Part shown: one piece after another, positions 37,149 through 50,260 of the stretch | Position numbering within the stretch: position 1 is the first letter of the stretch | Layout: each line of letters opens with the position of its first letter | Source of the DNA: Octopus sinensis | Taxonomy: Eukaryota | Assembly: GCF_006345805.1 (NCBI RefSeq) | Contig: NC_043009.1 | Span: 51,708,001 to 51,772,000, forward strand | DNA length: 64,000 nucleotides | Direction: 5' to 3' | The notes under the pieces: model-generated | Database searches by the model: none | What the model was told of the DNA's origin: nothing | What the model saw: the letters and a program-made list of their open reading frames with translations, nothing else | Made by a program: the position numbers and the translations under genes

Positions 37149-40107
37149 TTGTCCAAAGCGTTTGTTCTGAACAGAACAGTTAAAATCGACCTACAATCGA
37201 CAGACAGCCGACATTAAGGTCACTACCTATTTTTAAAATAAGCGTTCAATTTTACAACTGTGCAAATGGCTTAGTATTCTACACACATACTTCTAATGTC
37301 CGTGTATTCCGTTGGCGGACTCAGCAAAGTATTTTAGCTGACTTGTCAGGCGTTTGTTTTGTTAAATGATACGTCCAATATACATAACGTGTTTCCACAC
37401 TGCTTCTCTGTACAAGTGAGTTATTAAGAGGGTACTCTGTTATGACTTCAAGCAGCTCTTCCGTGCAATGCAACCTTCCAGTAACAGCGTTGATAATACA
37501 GGTAATAAGACGAATCTATGTCAAACTACATATGAAAGAGAATATGTAGCGCGGAGACACATGACTTACGTGGCGGGCCAACTGATATTCCGACACAGAT
37601 ATCTCCTCCTGAGTGCATCTCTGTAACAACAGAAGACACGAGACCATCAAATATTCGTGTTTATACATATGTATATATGTATAAATTTTGAGGGTATATT
37701 GTATACTTTTATAAGTTCTAATTTAAGGCAATTATTTTAAAGATAGTATTTGTACAAGAACTCAGCATGAACAGATGTGGTGGGTAAATTATGAGAAGGG
37801 TGTCATTTCATTTTGAAGTTATTAAAGGCGCTGGCTTGAACGTCTCGTTCAACCATTCGAATTCTTTGTAAGAGGAAACATGAATACACAGTTGACCCCA
37901 ATTTTAAAATGTTTACAGGCTTTCAGGTTAAATTAGATGGGATTTTTATGTCCCTTGTATTTTTCAGGAACAGTCTCCTGTAATGGTGAATAGTCAACAG
38001 CATTGGAGAGGATAAATATTAAAGTTATAGTTGAGAGAAAGCTGGCTAACACGAATAACTTGAAGCCATTTGTATATTAGAAAAGAGTTACCTATATCTT
38101 GATGACGCGTAATGGATCTAAAATACCGACAAAGCGAATGAAAACTTTTTCATTCTCATCGAATACGCGGCTCTACTAAAGCTTGTTTATTGTATCCTTG
38201 TGATTATCTTCTTCCTATATCTAACAACATATGTAGCTATTGTACAATATGTCTCTCCATATTTAATCCATTTGTTGCCATAAATGAAATACAACTTCTT
38301 CCTTTCCGTTTACCTTTGAAAAGTTATGTAGAACGCAATAAAATTACTTTGTCCTTGTTAGGCAGGTAGAAGGTAAGGAGTTGGCAGAACCATCACAGCA
38401 TGGCAATAATACCTTGCGGCTTCAAATCCCGCCAGTGTGAAGATTGCATTTTATCCTTAGGGAGTCGATAAAATAAGTACTATTGAAGCAATGGAGTCGA
38501 ATTTATAGGCTTCGTCACTTCCCCAAAATGACTGTTGTTTTGCCAAAATTTCAAGCCGTTTGAAACAACTAGTAAGCAGGTGATTGGAACGTGGGTTAAC
38601 ATGAAATTTGAATGTACGGTTTGAATTAGAACATTTCAAGATATGAATTATGGATTATTGAATGAGGGCGCTCTCAGGCAGTCTGGTAGCCAAAGCAACA
38701 AAGTGTCTCTTAAGGCAGCTGGATCTTAAACTATGTGTATTTGGGTACATTTCTTGTAGGATGCTTGTATACTTAGATCACACTGCGCTGGTTCATTAAT
38801 ACTGTTACGATCAATTTTCAACAACGACTGCTTTTCATGAAAATAAAATGGTTGTCAAATTTTAAAAAAAAACGTTGTACGTTCAAAATGCAAGGGGTTG
38901 CAAGATTGTGTATATACAAAACGCAGAAAGAAAAACATGTGTTGTGATTTCCAAGATGAGCTAAGTCTGTTGAGATGCATTTCATCGCTCTTTCTGCCAC
39001 GAAAACCTGATTACTTGCATACAATAGAAGCACATTTATTCTGCTCATCGGCAGCAGTGATTTTTCACATCATGCATTGAAATTCTGTACAAGTCAGAAA
39101 GTAATATATTTACGTATCATTAAATTTCTCTATATGCGTATAATTGTTTCTCTCCCGCTCTCTCCCCATGCTTACATGCATACATTCATACATACACAAA
39201 TACATACATACATACATACACACTCATACATTCATACATAGATAATTACATACATACATACGTACACATATATAAACATATGTTGACGTCAAAAGAATTA
39301 TATATTGTATATTTATACATGTATATATACATATTTGCATATAATATGCATGTATATATATGTGTATGTGTGTATGTGTGTGTATGTGTGCGCGAGTGCG
39401 TATACTCGTGTACAGTTACGAATACAAGCACACTTAGACAGCCACACACACACACGCACAGTGTTTTATAGATAGAAACACAGTACGCATACCTAAATAT
39501 ATATATATATGTAGGGAAATATATATATATATATATAACTGTGTTTGTGTATGTGTATCTATTTCTATACACCAGGTATGCTCCATGCTTGTGTCGAAAT
39601 GTGTGCTTGTACAGATGTGATCTAATATTTGTTTTATTCTTGTTTAAGAATCTTTTGGCGAACATTCTGCAGGTTTCTTTGAAATATGTTCTCAGATAAT
39701 TGGTACTCTTAGAATATTATAATACCTTGTTGTTGTTGTTGTTACTGTCACCGTTTCTTCTTCTTAGTGGCAGATTACTTTCATGTTAATGTTGATGTTG
39801 TTGTTTTTGTTTTTGTTTTTGTTCTAATTATTGTTCAAGATTATTGGCAAGTCAATGTTGTTGATAATTACGACGCTTGATTGAGGTGGTTTTTTCGTAC
39901 TGTGTTGCTATCATCGTTGATGGTGTTTTTTTGTTGGTGTTATTGTTGCTGCCGTTGTTCTTGACGAAGATGAGAATTGTTATTATCGTCCTTCTTGTTC
40001 AAGGGGCAATCGTTCTCTTTTGACCCTGGTGATAGTCGCCGCTCAGTCCATCGCATTTTTATTGTTGGATATTTTTTCTTGGGCTTATTCTTGTTGTTAT
40101 TGCCATT

Positions 40108-40204
40108 CTTCTTCTTCTTCTTCTTCTTCTTCTTCTTCTTCTTCTTCTTCTTCTTCTTCTTCTTCTTCTTCTTCTTCTTCTTCTTCTTCTTCTTCTTCTT
40201 CTTC
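40108..40204. repeat. (TTC)n microsatellite
   Basis: Direct reading; gives the poly-F and poly-S ORFs. Confidence 0.97.
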
Positions 40205-40312
40205 GTACTTATTCTATCGCTCTCTTTTGCCGAACCGCTAAGTTACGGGGACGTAAGCACACCGGCATCGGTTGTCAAGCGATGTTGGGGGAACAAATGC
40301 AGACTCACAAAA

Positions 40313-40367
<55 letters not shown>

Positions 40368-40523
40368 CATATATACGACATGCTTTCTTTCAGTTTCTGT
40401 CTATCAAATCCACTCACACGGGTTTAGTTGGCCCGAGGCTATAGTAGAAGACACTTGCTCAAGTTACCACGCAGTGGGACTGAACCCGGAACCATGTGGT
40501 TGGTAAAGCAAGCTACTTACCAC
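40205..40523 (-). mobile_element. SINE family B
   Basis: ttttgccgaaccgctaagttacggggacgtaa..(CA)n(TA)n..gaagacacttgctcaag..ccggaaccatgtggttggtaagcaagctacttaccac. Confidence 0.9.
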
Positions 40524-41549
40524 GCAGTCACTCCCGCGCCTATATCTACATCTACAATGCGTAGATACACTAAATAGTCTGTTAATTGACTAGTAATTAC
40601 AATTCTTCTTCTTTAGGCTTGTTGTTATGCTTTTGTTATACACTGTACTTATATATTTGTTGTTGGATTCTCAATGTACATTTGTGTTGCAGATGTTATA
40701 TGATTGTCGTTAACTTTTGTATCTGCAGACGCTGCATATGTTAGTTTTTTTTTTTTATCTGCCAATTCAGACACACACATGCACCTCAGAAACACACACA
40801 CACACATAGCTTTCTAATATGATTGTTGTTGTTGTTGCTGATTTTCTGGCTGTTGTTATTGCTTGTGGATGCTATCACTCCTGTTGTTTTATTTTTATGC
40901 GTTTGACTTCAAGAACAACTACGTGCATTATGTCTCTCTATTAACATTACTTGGAGATACCAAGAAAATGACATGACAGGTTGCTTTGCAAAACTAAAGC
41001 AGGAGTAATAACGGACACTCACACATTAACTACCATTCTCCATCAACACCAACACCAACACCAACACCAACACCAACCCAACAACAGCATCACCACAATA
41101 TATTATATATACCTCCACCTCCACTGCATTCCACTACAACCACCCTCTTCAACAGAATTACCACCATTACCACCTCAAAGATGTCAGCGATGTACAATTA
41201 TGAAAAGAAAATGGATTGAAGCCAGCCAAGTGTGCCATTTCCTGATTGAATGCACTTATGATCTGGACTTTTTACCTCACTCACTTTCACCGACGTATTC
41301 TGCAGTAAATAGTCGTTCATCTTTTGTTTTCTTCTAATATGAGATAGCCAACAATTTTCTACAGTACACGCTAGCAGAGAAACTATCATTTGCTTCTCGT
41401 TTCACTATTCACTTCGAATGAGCTATTGCTAAAATGGAATATATTACATATAGATCATATTTCTATCCGTTTCACATGCCTTCGCTCCTTCCCTCAAAAC
41501 CGACTATCGATTTATCTGTCTATCTGTATGTCTGTCTGTCTATCTATTA

Positions 41550-41612
<63 letters not shown>

Positions 41613-41635
41613 ATCTATCTATCTATCTCTCTATC

Positions 41636-41691
<56 letters not shown>

Positions 41692-42352
41692 CTGTCTGTC
41701 TGTACGTATGTATGTATGTCTGTCTATTTGCCTGTCGCTCTGTCTATCTATATATCTATCGATCTAGCTATCTTTCTAGTCATTCATTCAAATATATATA
41801 TATATATATATATTCATATATATACTTGTCTATCTATTTATCGATCTCTCGCCTCCCTCTTTCTTTCTCTCTCTCTCTCTCTCCTCTCTTTCTCTCTCTG
41901 CTTGTCTGCCTGTCTGCCTTTCTGTCTATCTCACCATTTATACATCAATACATTTGCATATACAAAAAGGAGAAAAATATAAATCCATCACTACTAAAAA
42001 GATTGTATTTCCACGTTAGAAATTAAGCAATTATTCCATCGATACTCCGAGTGAGTTGTTTGGCAGCATTAAGATGAACGTGGAAAAGCTACGTATGTAT
42101 ATACGTATGTATATATGTATGCTTGTATGTATGCATGTATTTATTCATGCATGTATGTATGCATGTATGTATGTATTTATGTATGTAACTATAAATGTAT
42201 GTAGGTATGTGTGTGTGTATGCCTGAAAAGGCTTCAGACAAAGCATTGCTTGAATGTTAACATTTCTGTTATATGTTGCATAGTATGACTGACCGTAGCC
42301 TAGAAAGGCAATATAACCAATATATGTTCCATGAGTGAACGAAGGCATAGGT

Positions 42353-42709
42353 GGTAAGCTTTCTCAACAGCTGCTACCAGAGTTACCTATCGACACTGCG
42401 TCTGTATATAATATCGTCAGCTCCTAACAAACTGTAAATTACATCGTACTACACATGTTCATGTGGAGGCTCGTGGTTTAGTGGTTAGGGTGTCAGCATA
42501 ATGACCGGAAAATTGTGGTTTCGATTCCTGGGTAAGCTTTCTCAACAGCTGCTACCAGAGTTACCTATCGACACTGCGTCTGTATATAATATCGTCAGCT
42601 CCTAACAAACTGTAAATTACATCGTACTACACATGTTCATGTGGAGGCTCGTGGTTTAGTGGTTAGGGTGTCAGCATAATGACCGTAAAATTGTGGTTTC
42701 GATTCCTGG
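42353..42709 (+). repeat. Near-perfect 178-bp tandem duplication
   Basis: 42353-42530 equals 42531-42708 except one substitution (gaccgGaaaa vs gaccgTaaaa). Confidence 0.95.
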
Positions 42710-42895
42710 ACCGGGCGATACGTTGTGTTCTTGAGCAAAACACTTCGTTTCACGTCGCTCCAGTCCACTCAGCTGGCAAAAATGAGTAACGATGAGATAG
42801 ACTGGCGTCCCGTCGAGCTGGGGAACACATACGCCAACGAAACCGGGAAACCTGGCCCATGAGCCAGGCAAGACTTGAAAAGGGCGCATTTTTTT
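42641..42895 (+). mobile_element. tRNA-derived SINE (family C) with 13-bp target site duplication
   Basis: TACACATGTTCAT at 42628-42640 and 42896-42908; A-box-like gtggtttagtgg and B-box ggtttcgattcc. Confidence 0.92.
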
Positions 42896-44066
42896 TACAC
42901 ATGTTCATAGGTAGAATCAATCGATAACTTTGTGCAAAGGAGTTGTAACCGTGAGATAAGCATGCTTATTGAAGTCTGCGTGGGGACAGTCCACAAAACC
43001 TTGATACAGTGTTTTTCCAGCAACTTTCCACTTAAATATCTGGTGGTGTAATGGAAATTTTGATAACACTTGCTACTCTAAAAAGTCACCAACACGTAGC
43101 GTTAATACGGCAAGAAACGCAATCAAGCTTCATTCGATTTATTTTCCACGCGGAACACAAAGAGTCATTATACAGCAGCATGAGGAATAGAAAGTAGCGT
43201 CGAAATGCCTATAGGGGAGTAGTATAAGTAAACATAATAATCACAAATATATTGAGCGATATCAAAATCAATGCCTTATTTGTTCCGGAAACACAGGCAT
43301 TGTTTCTGATAGCTGCATGGTTGTTTAAAACAGAATACGAATCTAAATTGGCCACAGGCTACATACAAGCTATTTGATTTATATTTCAATCTATATTATT
43401 TTAATTTACTTGTCTATCAAGCCCTTTGGTAGATTTGATTAAAATTATACGCATTTTGTATTTGTGAAATATATACAATTTATTGATAAACGCATAGATG
43501 AAACCAAAATATGCTGAAGCACGTTGCTACAAATTGTGTATGCATATAAAGGGAAGAATAAATTTCATTGGATATTTTGTTCAATATTTCCACTATGAAT
43601 CACAGATATCTCAACCCGTGGGTTATGTGTTTGCTTAGTACAATTGAAGTTACTTTTATTCGAAATAACAATGAAGGGGATTTTGCTTGAGTTTTAATTC
43701 TACTTCCAGCTTACAAGAAACACGTACACACATACTTTGCTATAAGTACACACAAAAACACAAACACACAAAACCACCACCACCACAACAACAACATCAA
43801 CAAGAAGCACACTATGCATTTTTTTGTATGTGTATCTACGTTTCATTAAATATATGCTCATATATTTTCAATGGCGTTAATCTATTTTATGTTACGTATA
43901 ATTGTAAATTTGTAAGTCGTACATATATTGCGCTTCTTGGTTGAAACCCGCCAAAGGGCACATCATTTTCGATTTCCGTGTTATGAGAAATACACACAAA
44001 TATTCATAAAAACATACTTACAAAAACATGGATTGTATGCATGTATACGTGTATGTGTGTGCGTGC

Positions 44067-44120
<54 letters not shown>

Positions 44121-44557
44121 ATCAAAAAGTCAATATCAGCGTCATACAACTGATGACATTTCTCAAGTGACCTTCTTCAAAGACACTCACAGGCACACAC
44201 ACACATACACACACACACAATGGCAACTTAGTTGCCTTTCAACAAAGAAAAAGAATGAGTGAAAAAGAGTTAAGATGATAAATATTATAGGATATGTGGA
44301 AGCTAGTCATTTGATGTTTAAATTTTCCAGTGGGCTACAATATATATCTTTGAGTGTATGTAATTTTATACAAAGAAATTTGTTATTGTTTTATCTTACG
44401 GCAGATTTCGTTTTTGAGAATATCATGCGCCCCCGTCCAGATGAGCATTTTTTCATTTTCATGAATCGTTCACGTGTAATTTCAATACTAAGAGAACTTT
44501 CCATTTGATATTGTATTGAACGACTCCTTACCTGAGTTCTAGACATGTTTGACGATG

Positions 44558-44624
44558 GAATACGGTATGCTCATAGAATACAGTATGCTTATAGAATACA
44601 GTATGCTCATAGAATACAGTATGC
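44558..44624 (+). repeat. 18-bp minisatellite, about 3.7 copies (gaatacagtatgctcata)
   Basis: Direct reading. Confidence 0.9.
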
Positions 44625-45584
44625 AATATCGGTGATTCACAATCAAAGAGTACCAGGTAACTTACTTTTAGTTTACGTTACCTCATCTTAAAATCTATTT
44701 GCGTTGTTTGGCCATTTATATCTTACAACGATATATATATATATATACACATACACAAACATAATCCAACACACAGTCTCAAACATACACTTATAACAAA
44801 TCGCTAATATTTCATATAGCTGGTCATTTTTCTTTCTTTCGGATGACTTGTTATCATAAAACATATATGACACGTCTGTGTCTTCAACGAAAATTGAAGG
44901 ACGTAGGTCCTGAAAAAATTTGAAAAAGACTTGTATCTCTTTACAAGAATACATTACAGCAGTCGGGAGCATTAAGTCGTTGCGTTTTACAATTAGTTCC
45001 AGCTACACCTTAACTGAAAACACACAAGGCGCTCAAAACATTGAAGGGATCATGCGTTGCTGTGATGTATTAATTAACCATTTAATGCTAATTAAGTAAG
45101 CTAATTAAGTAGTGCTGTACTGTCTGTGAATTAGCGGTGAGCCACAAAATCTCTCTTCGAATTGGAAACTGAAAATCGTGTCTCTGTAGAGAATTCAACA
45201 AATACGGAAAGAGTGGAATTGAAACACCTAGCTGACCTCAGTGCGATAAAGCTGTAAAAGAAATCCATTTTAACATGTATTATTTACAAGTGAGATAAAT
45301 TTACTTATGTCTCTATAAATACACGTATGCAGATATATATGCGTAAATATGTCTTATGAATAGATTGACATACACATATACGTTGCTGAGTGTTCTATCA
45401 CTGGCCAGATGCTAGCCAGATACATTAGCTGACATACGCAAACATACACATATATACAGTCGTTAGACAGACGATGATAAGTTGATAGACAGATAACCAT
45501 TGCGATATACATAGATACGTACAAACACACATGCAGACGCTAGCGCGCACACACACAAATACTCATATATTCTTTATTCTTTTA

Positions 45585-45781
45585 CTGTTTTATTCTTTTA
45601 TTTGTTTCAGTCATTTGACTACGGTCATGCTGCAGCACCACTTTTAGTCGAACAAGTCAACCCCAGGAGCTATTTTTTGTAAACACAGTAGTTACTCTAT
45701 CGTTCACTTTCCTGAACCACAAAGTTTCGGAGTTGAAAACGCACAAACATCAGTTGTCATGCGATGACGGGGGTACATACA

Positions 45782-45813
<32 letters not shown>

Positions 45814-46045
45814 TAAACACACACACACACATACACACACATACACATACACAAACACATATATATATATATACATATACATATGCATATATATACGACA
45901 GGCTTCTTTCAGTTTCCCGTCTACCAAATCCACTCATAAGGCTTTGGTCGACCGAGGCTATAGTAGAAGACACTTGCCCAAGGTGCCACGCAGTGGGACT
46001 GAACCCGGAACCATGTGATTGGGAAGCAAGCTCTTTACCACACAT
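45585..46045 (-). mobile_element. SINE family B
   Basis: Tail tttgtttcagtcatttgactacggtcatgctgcagcacc, internal (CA)n, head gtgccacgcagtgggactgaacccggaaccatgtg. Confidence 0.9.
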
Positions 46046-46393
46046 GCTCCTTCCTAATACACATCGTAGTTGGTAACAAAACCGATTTGAATGATGGAGC
46101 GTCATCAGAGTGAAAAATAAGTAAATAAATAAAAAGAAGAGACAAGAAAAGCAGAAGGAACGGTTGAATATGGTGAGAATGAATTCACATTGCATGTGTA
46201 TCTTCCTTGGACGCTCAGTAAATGGATATACGTATAAAGCGGTATACTCCTATATAGGGGGAACACGTTGAATACTTTTATCCCTTAGACGGTTATTTTA
46301 ACCTGTAACTCAGCTACCCTATACATACACACATATATACATATATACATACATATGTATATGTATATCTATACATATACATATATATATGTA

Positions 46394-46425
<32 letters not shown>

Positions 46426-46431
46426 TACATA

Positions 46432-47221
46432 TGTGGAAACTTCTGCCTGTGGGTGCGTTTGTGGAGTTGTTAAAAAGTCCTCCTACATCGTTTTATCAAT
46501 TTTCCTGAAACCTGACACGTGAGTAGGGCTCATGTCTGGAAACCTCTTGGCATACTCAGATTGCTGAAAGAAATCGATAATAGAGCCCTTGGAGGGGATC
46601 CTTATATATATCCAAAGGAGATAGCTCATTAATTTTCATAAATTATTTTGTAAATATGAAATTGAGTATACTTGCTTCTGTTAGAAACATTTTCGCAATT
46701 TATCCAGTACAACCCTTAAGCAAGTAAATAGTATTTCCCTAAACTATAGATCCACTTATTTCGGTCAGTGACTTACTCGCGAATATACCAACGCTAGCGC
46801 CACTGAGGGTAATATTCCGTTCTCACTTATTTACTTGGAATTGCTAGTATCTCATATCTGATTAACTTGTTACTATGTAACATCCTTCATGATTTAGTAT
46901 ACATACCTTATTAGTATTTCCTCCTATGTTCTATATACTCTTGGAACGCATTAATGCCTTTTTCGGTGCTACATAATTTGAATTCTTACTATCGGGTAAA
47001 TAATTTCATGTTATTGTATAACTGACTTCACAATTTGGGTATTCATAACTTATTGGGAATTCCTACAAAAAGATCCTGTATAAGACATTTTGATATTCTC
47101 TGTAAATGCACAAAAACCGTTTTAAGGGCTACATACTTTGTATTGTTGTTATTGGATTAGCGAAACAATTATAAGCACGGAACCAAGAGATAAAGTCCGC
47201 TTTACCGGGTACATCAGCTAG
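46432..47221 (+). mobile_element. Possible non-autonomous Helitron; 3' terminus is the best-supported part
   Basis: Ends gtccgctttaccgggtacatcagCTAG followed by T, matching the GC-rich subterminal motif plus CTRR 3' end of Helitrons. TA tracts on both sides. The 5' boundary is a guess. Confidence 0.4.
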
Positions 47222-47267
47222 TAAGTATATATATATATATATATATATATCTTGAGAGAGAGAGAGG

Positions 47268-47301
<34 letters not shown>

Positions 47302-47718
47302 TAAAAATGGATATAACATGATATATCTAAATAAATATATCATAAATTGACTCCAGTGTACAAAGGCAGCACTCTAGTCTCAGAAGCAGGTATATAATTA
47401 GTAATGTTTTCTGAACATAAAATTATGCTTTACCACTTTATACTTTTCTCCAAATTCCCTCCGAGATATCCCGTTAAATTTTCATTTGTGTAAGTAACTA
47501 AAAAGGTTCCACTTTAAAATAGTGATTTGCGATAATTATATGGCAGCGACAAGAGAATCTTGAAATATTTTCGTCTTATTTTTCGGAGATTTTAGTTGTT
47601 GAATAAGACGTTGCAGCTATTGCACTCTGTGTTATTAATAATTTTACTCGATTTATTCGGAATTTGTTTCCTCCTCATGGGATGGAGTACACGCAGTTCT
47701 TAGTCATATTCTCTTCTA

Positions 47719-48051
47719 TTGGTGGCTTTACTCGAAGAAGATATTTGCAGCTGTGGCAGGTTATACAAAGGCGAAACATGCCGCCCCCTCAAAATAAGGG
47801 TAGAGGAACATCGCAAAGCTATGACACAGGGAAATATTGATAAATCGGGTATAGCTGACCATGTATGGAAAAATGGAGACCACCTTTCCCTGTGGGATGT
47901 AGTTAATATAGACAGAGAACAGCAATGGAAAATACGAAAACTAAATGCACATATGCTAGGACACAACAACCTCCTAAGCAGACCGAGTGCAGATATGAAC
48001 AGCATATGTGAACCGGTATTAACGAAGGCTAGCAGAATATTAGATTTATAA
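47719..48051 (+). pseudogene. GIY-YIG endonuclease relic of a Penelope/Poseidon-like element
   Basis: CSCGRLYKGETCRPLKIRVEEHRKA..KSGIADHVW..W..IDREQQWKIRKL..LL resembles CxCG-YIGETxRxLxxRxxEH..SxIAEH. Confidence 0.85.
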
Positions 48052-48189
48052 GCCCTAAAATTCACTTCATAATTGCTCACGGGCATATGTCGTATGGGTT
48101 AATAACGCGAGCTACTTACCCAAAGATTCCGAGTTCGATTCCAGGATATTAATAATAATAATAATAATAACAACAATGATAATAATAGT

Positions 48190-48352
48190 ACTAGATGTAC
48201 TACAGTGTCAGCTGTTCACTACCAGTGAACTAAGATAACACCTCTTATTTTTCGAGCACCTTCCGGGATATTTGAGCGGTTCCATGTAGTGCTGTTTTCG
48301 GCAATTGCTCCACCCTTATTGCAGCCCCTATTTGTTCCACGTAGTTCTCGAG
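48190..48352 (-). mobile_element. 3' end of an R4/Dong-type LINE between trinucleotide tracts
   Basis: Minus strand LENYVEQIGAAIRVEQLPKTALHGTAQISRKVLEK* matches the LQKxALLGTAxILRKVL C-terminus. Confidence 0.75.
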
Positions 48353-48353
48353 A

Positions 48354-48380
48354 TATTATTATTATTATTATTATTATTAT

Positions 48381-48425
<45 letters not shown>

Positions 48426-48451
48426 CAGTAGTAGTAGCAGCGGCAGCAGCG

Positions 48452-48510
<59 letters not shown>
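48354..48510. repeat. Compound (ATT)n-(AGT)n-(AGC)n-(AGT)n microsatellite
   Basis: Direct reading. Confidence 0.95.
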
Positions 48511-48512
<2 letters not shown>

Positions 48513-48747
48513 GAAGTTTGCTATTTTCTGTTTTTATTTGAACAGTCCCCACAAATATATTCCTATTATATATGTACCTTAATAACTACTATCATATTTC
48601 CCTTCTATAACTCTCTCTCTCTCTTGCTCACTCGCTCTCACTTTCCTTCTCTTTCTCTCCCTCTCCCTTTATATACATATGGGTGTGGGTGTGTGTCTAG
48701 TGTGTATGTATGTATGTACGCATATATGATTATGTATACTGCATGGA

Positions 48748-48799
<52 letters not shown>

Positions 48800-50085
48800 A
48801 TATAAATACATAAATTTATGCGTGTATAATACACTCATATACACACCCATAAATATATCGTATGTATTCGTAAAATTGTACGTAACTATATCGTATATAT
48901 TTTTTTCTTTTCTTTTATTATATATATATATATACACACACATACGTGTATGTACATGTGTACGCGCGCGCACACACTCACACACACATACACATATATG
49001 TATGTATTCATACGTACATGCATACACGCATACATACATACATAAACGCATACGTGGATACGCGCATATATACATAACACCCAAATTCTAAGACCAGACA
49101 GAAAAACAACCAAGACAATAGGGCAATTTTTCCGTGCCCTGTACCCCGATTAATAATAGCAATACACAATATCCATAGTTTTATCTAATTGGTATTCGGA
49201 TCCATAAGTGGGGAGTCCGAAAGCTTTTCGCTTTACGGCTGGCGAAAATGCATAAGACAACAACATAAAAAACAACGACAACAACAATTACAATTTAGCA
49301 CAATATATAATGCACGAAAGACGTAGAAGAAAGAAATTGTAATATAAGGAATGAGAACATAGGAAGTACATTTGAAAAGGAATGAATGTGACATGATGGG
49401 GATATGTGGCATATGAACATGCGATGAGGATGACACTTCTTGCCTTGCGTTCTCTTCACCTCTACATATACATATAGAAATATATACATATAGATATATA
49501 GATATATTTATACACACACACATACATACACACACATAGACATAGACATATATATATAATAGATAGAAAGATATATTTATATATATAAATATATTTTATA
49601 TAATTATATATATATACATTATACACACAACATAGATATGTATGCATACTTGTATGTACATATATAATACATATATTTATATACATGGTCACAAGCACAC
49701 AAATATATATATATATGTATTATATATGTTGTGGTGTGTGTGTGTGTGGGTTGTGGTGTGTGTGTGTAAATATATGTATATATGTGTATATTGTATAATA
49801 ACAGTTAAGCTTCGTGCAATGGCCATACTCGATAACGAGGGGGCAGCCATAAATATGTATGTATGTATGTATGTATTATGTATATGTGTGTGTGCGTGTC
49901 TGAGAGTGTGTGTGTGTGTGTCTGTGTGTGTGTTTAGTGTATGAATGAATGAATATTTTGAGGATACATGCCTCGCTAAATAGATGCATGGATATCTGGT
50001 TGAAACAGCGTGAGCGCTTGGCAATTGATAACATGGATATGGAGGAGTGCATAAATACATACCTGCATTCATGCGTTCATAGGCA

Positions 50086-50116
<31 letters not shown>

Positions 50117-50209
50117 CACAATTCACGCACATTCACACATATTCATCTATATGCATATATATATATATGTGTGTGGTGTGTGTTTCTGCGCGTGTGTTCA
50201 TATTAAGCT

Positions 50210-50260
<51 letters not shown>

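Noticed and set aside
39977-40444. 155-aa poly-Phe ORF
   Set aside because: It is (TTC)n joined to a SINE.
42463-42720. tRNA gene candidates
   Set aside because: A and B boxes are present but there is no complete cloverleaf or acceptor stem; the sequence continues into a SINE body with a TSD.
44558-44624. CRISPR-like or coding repeat (MEYGMLIEYSML..)
   Set aside because: Head-to-tail 18-mers without spacers; the frame stops immediately. Nearby splice-like words on both strands define no open exon.
49195-49250. Minus-strand GCGAAAAGCTTTCGG resembling a minimal hammerhead 3' half
   Set aside because: No CUGANGA-like core or helix I partner found; at most an eroded relic.
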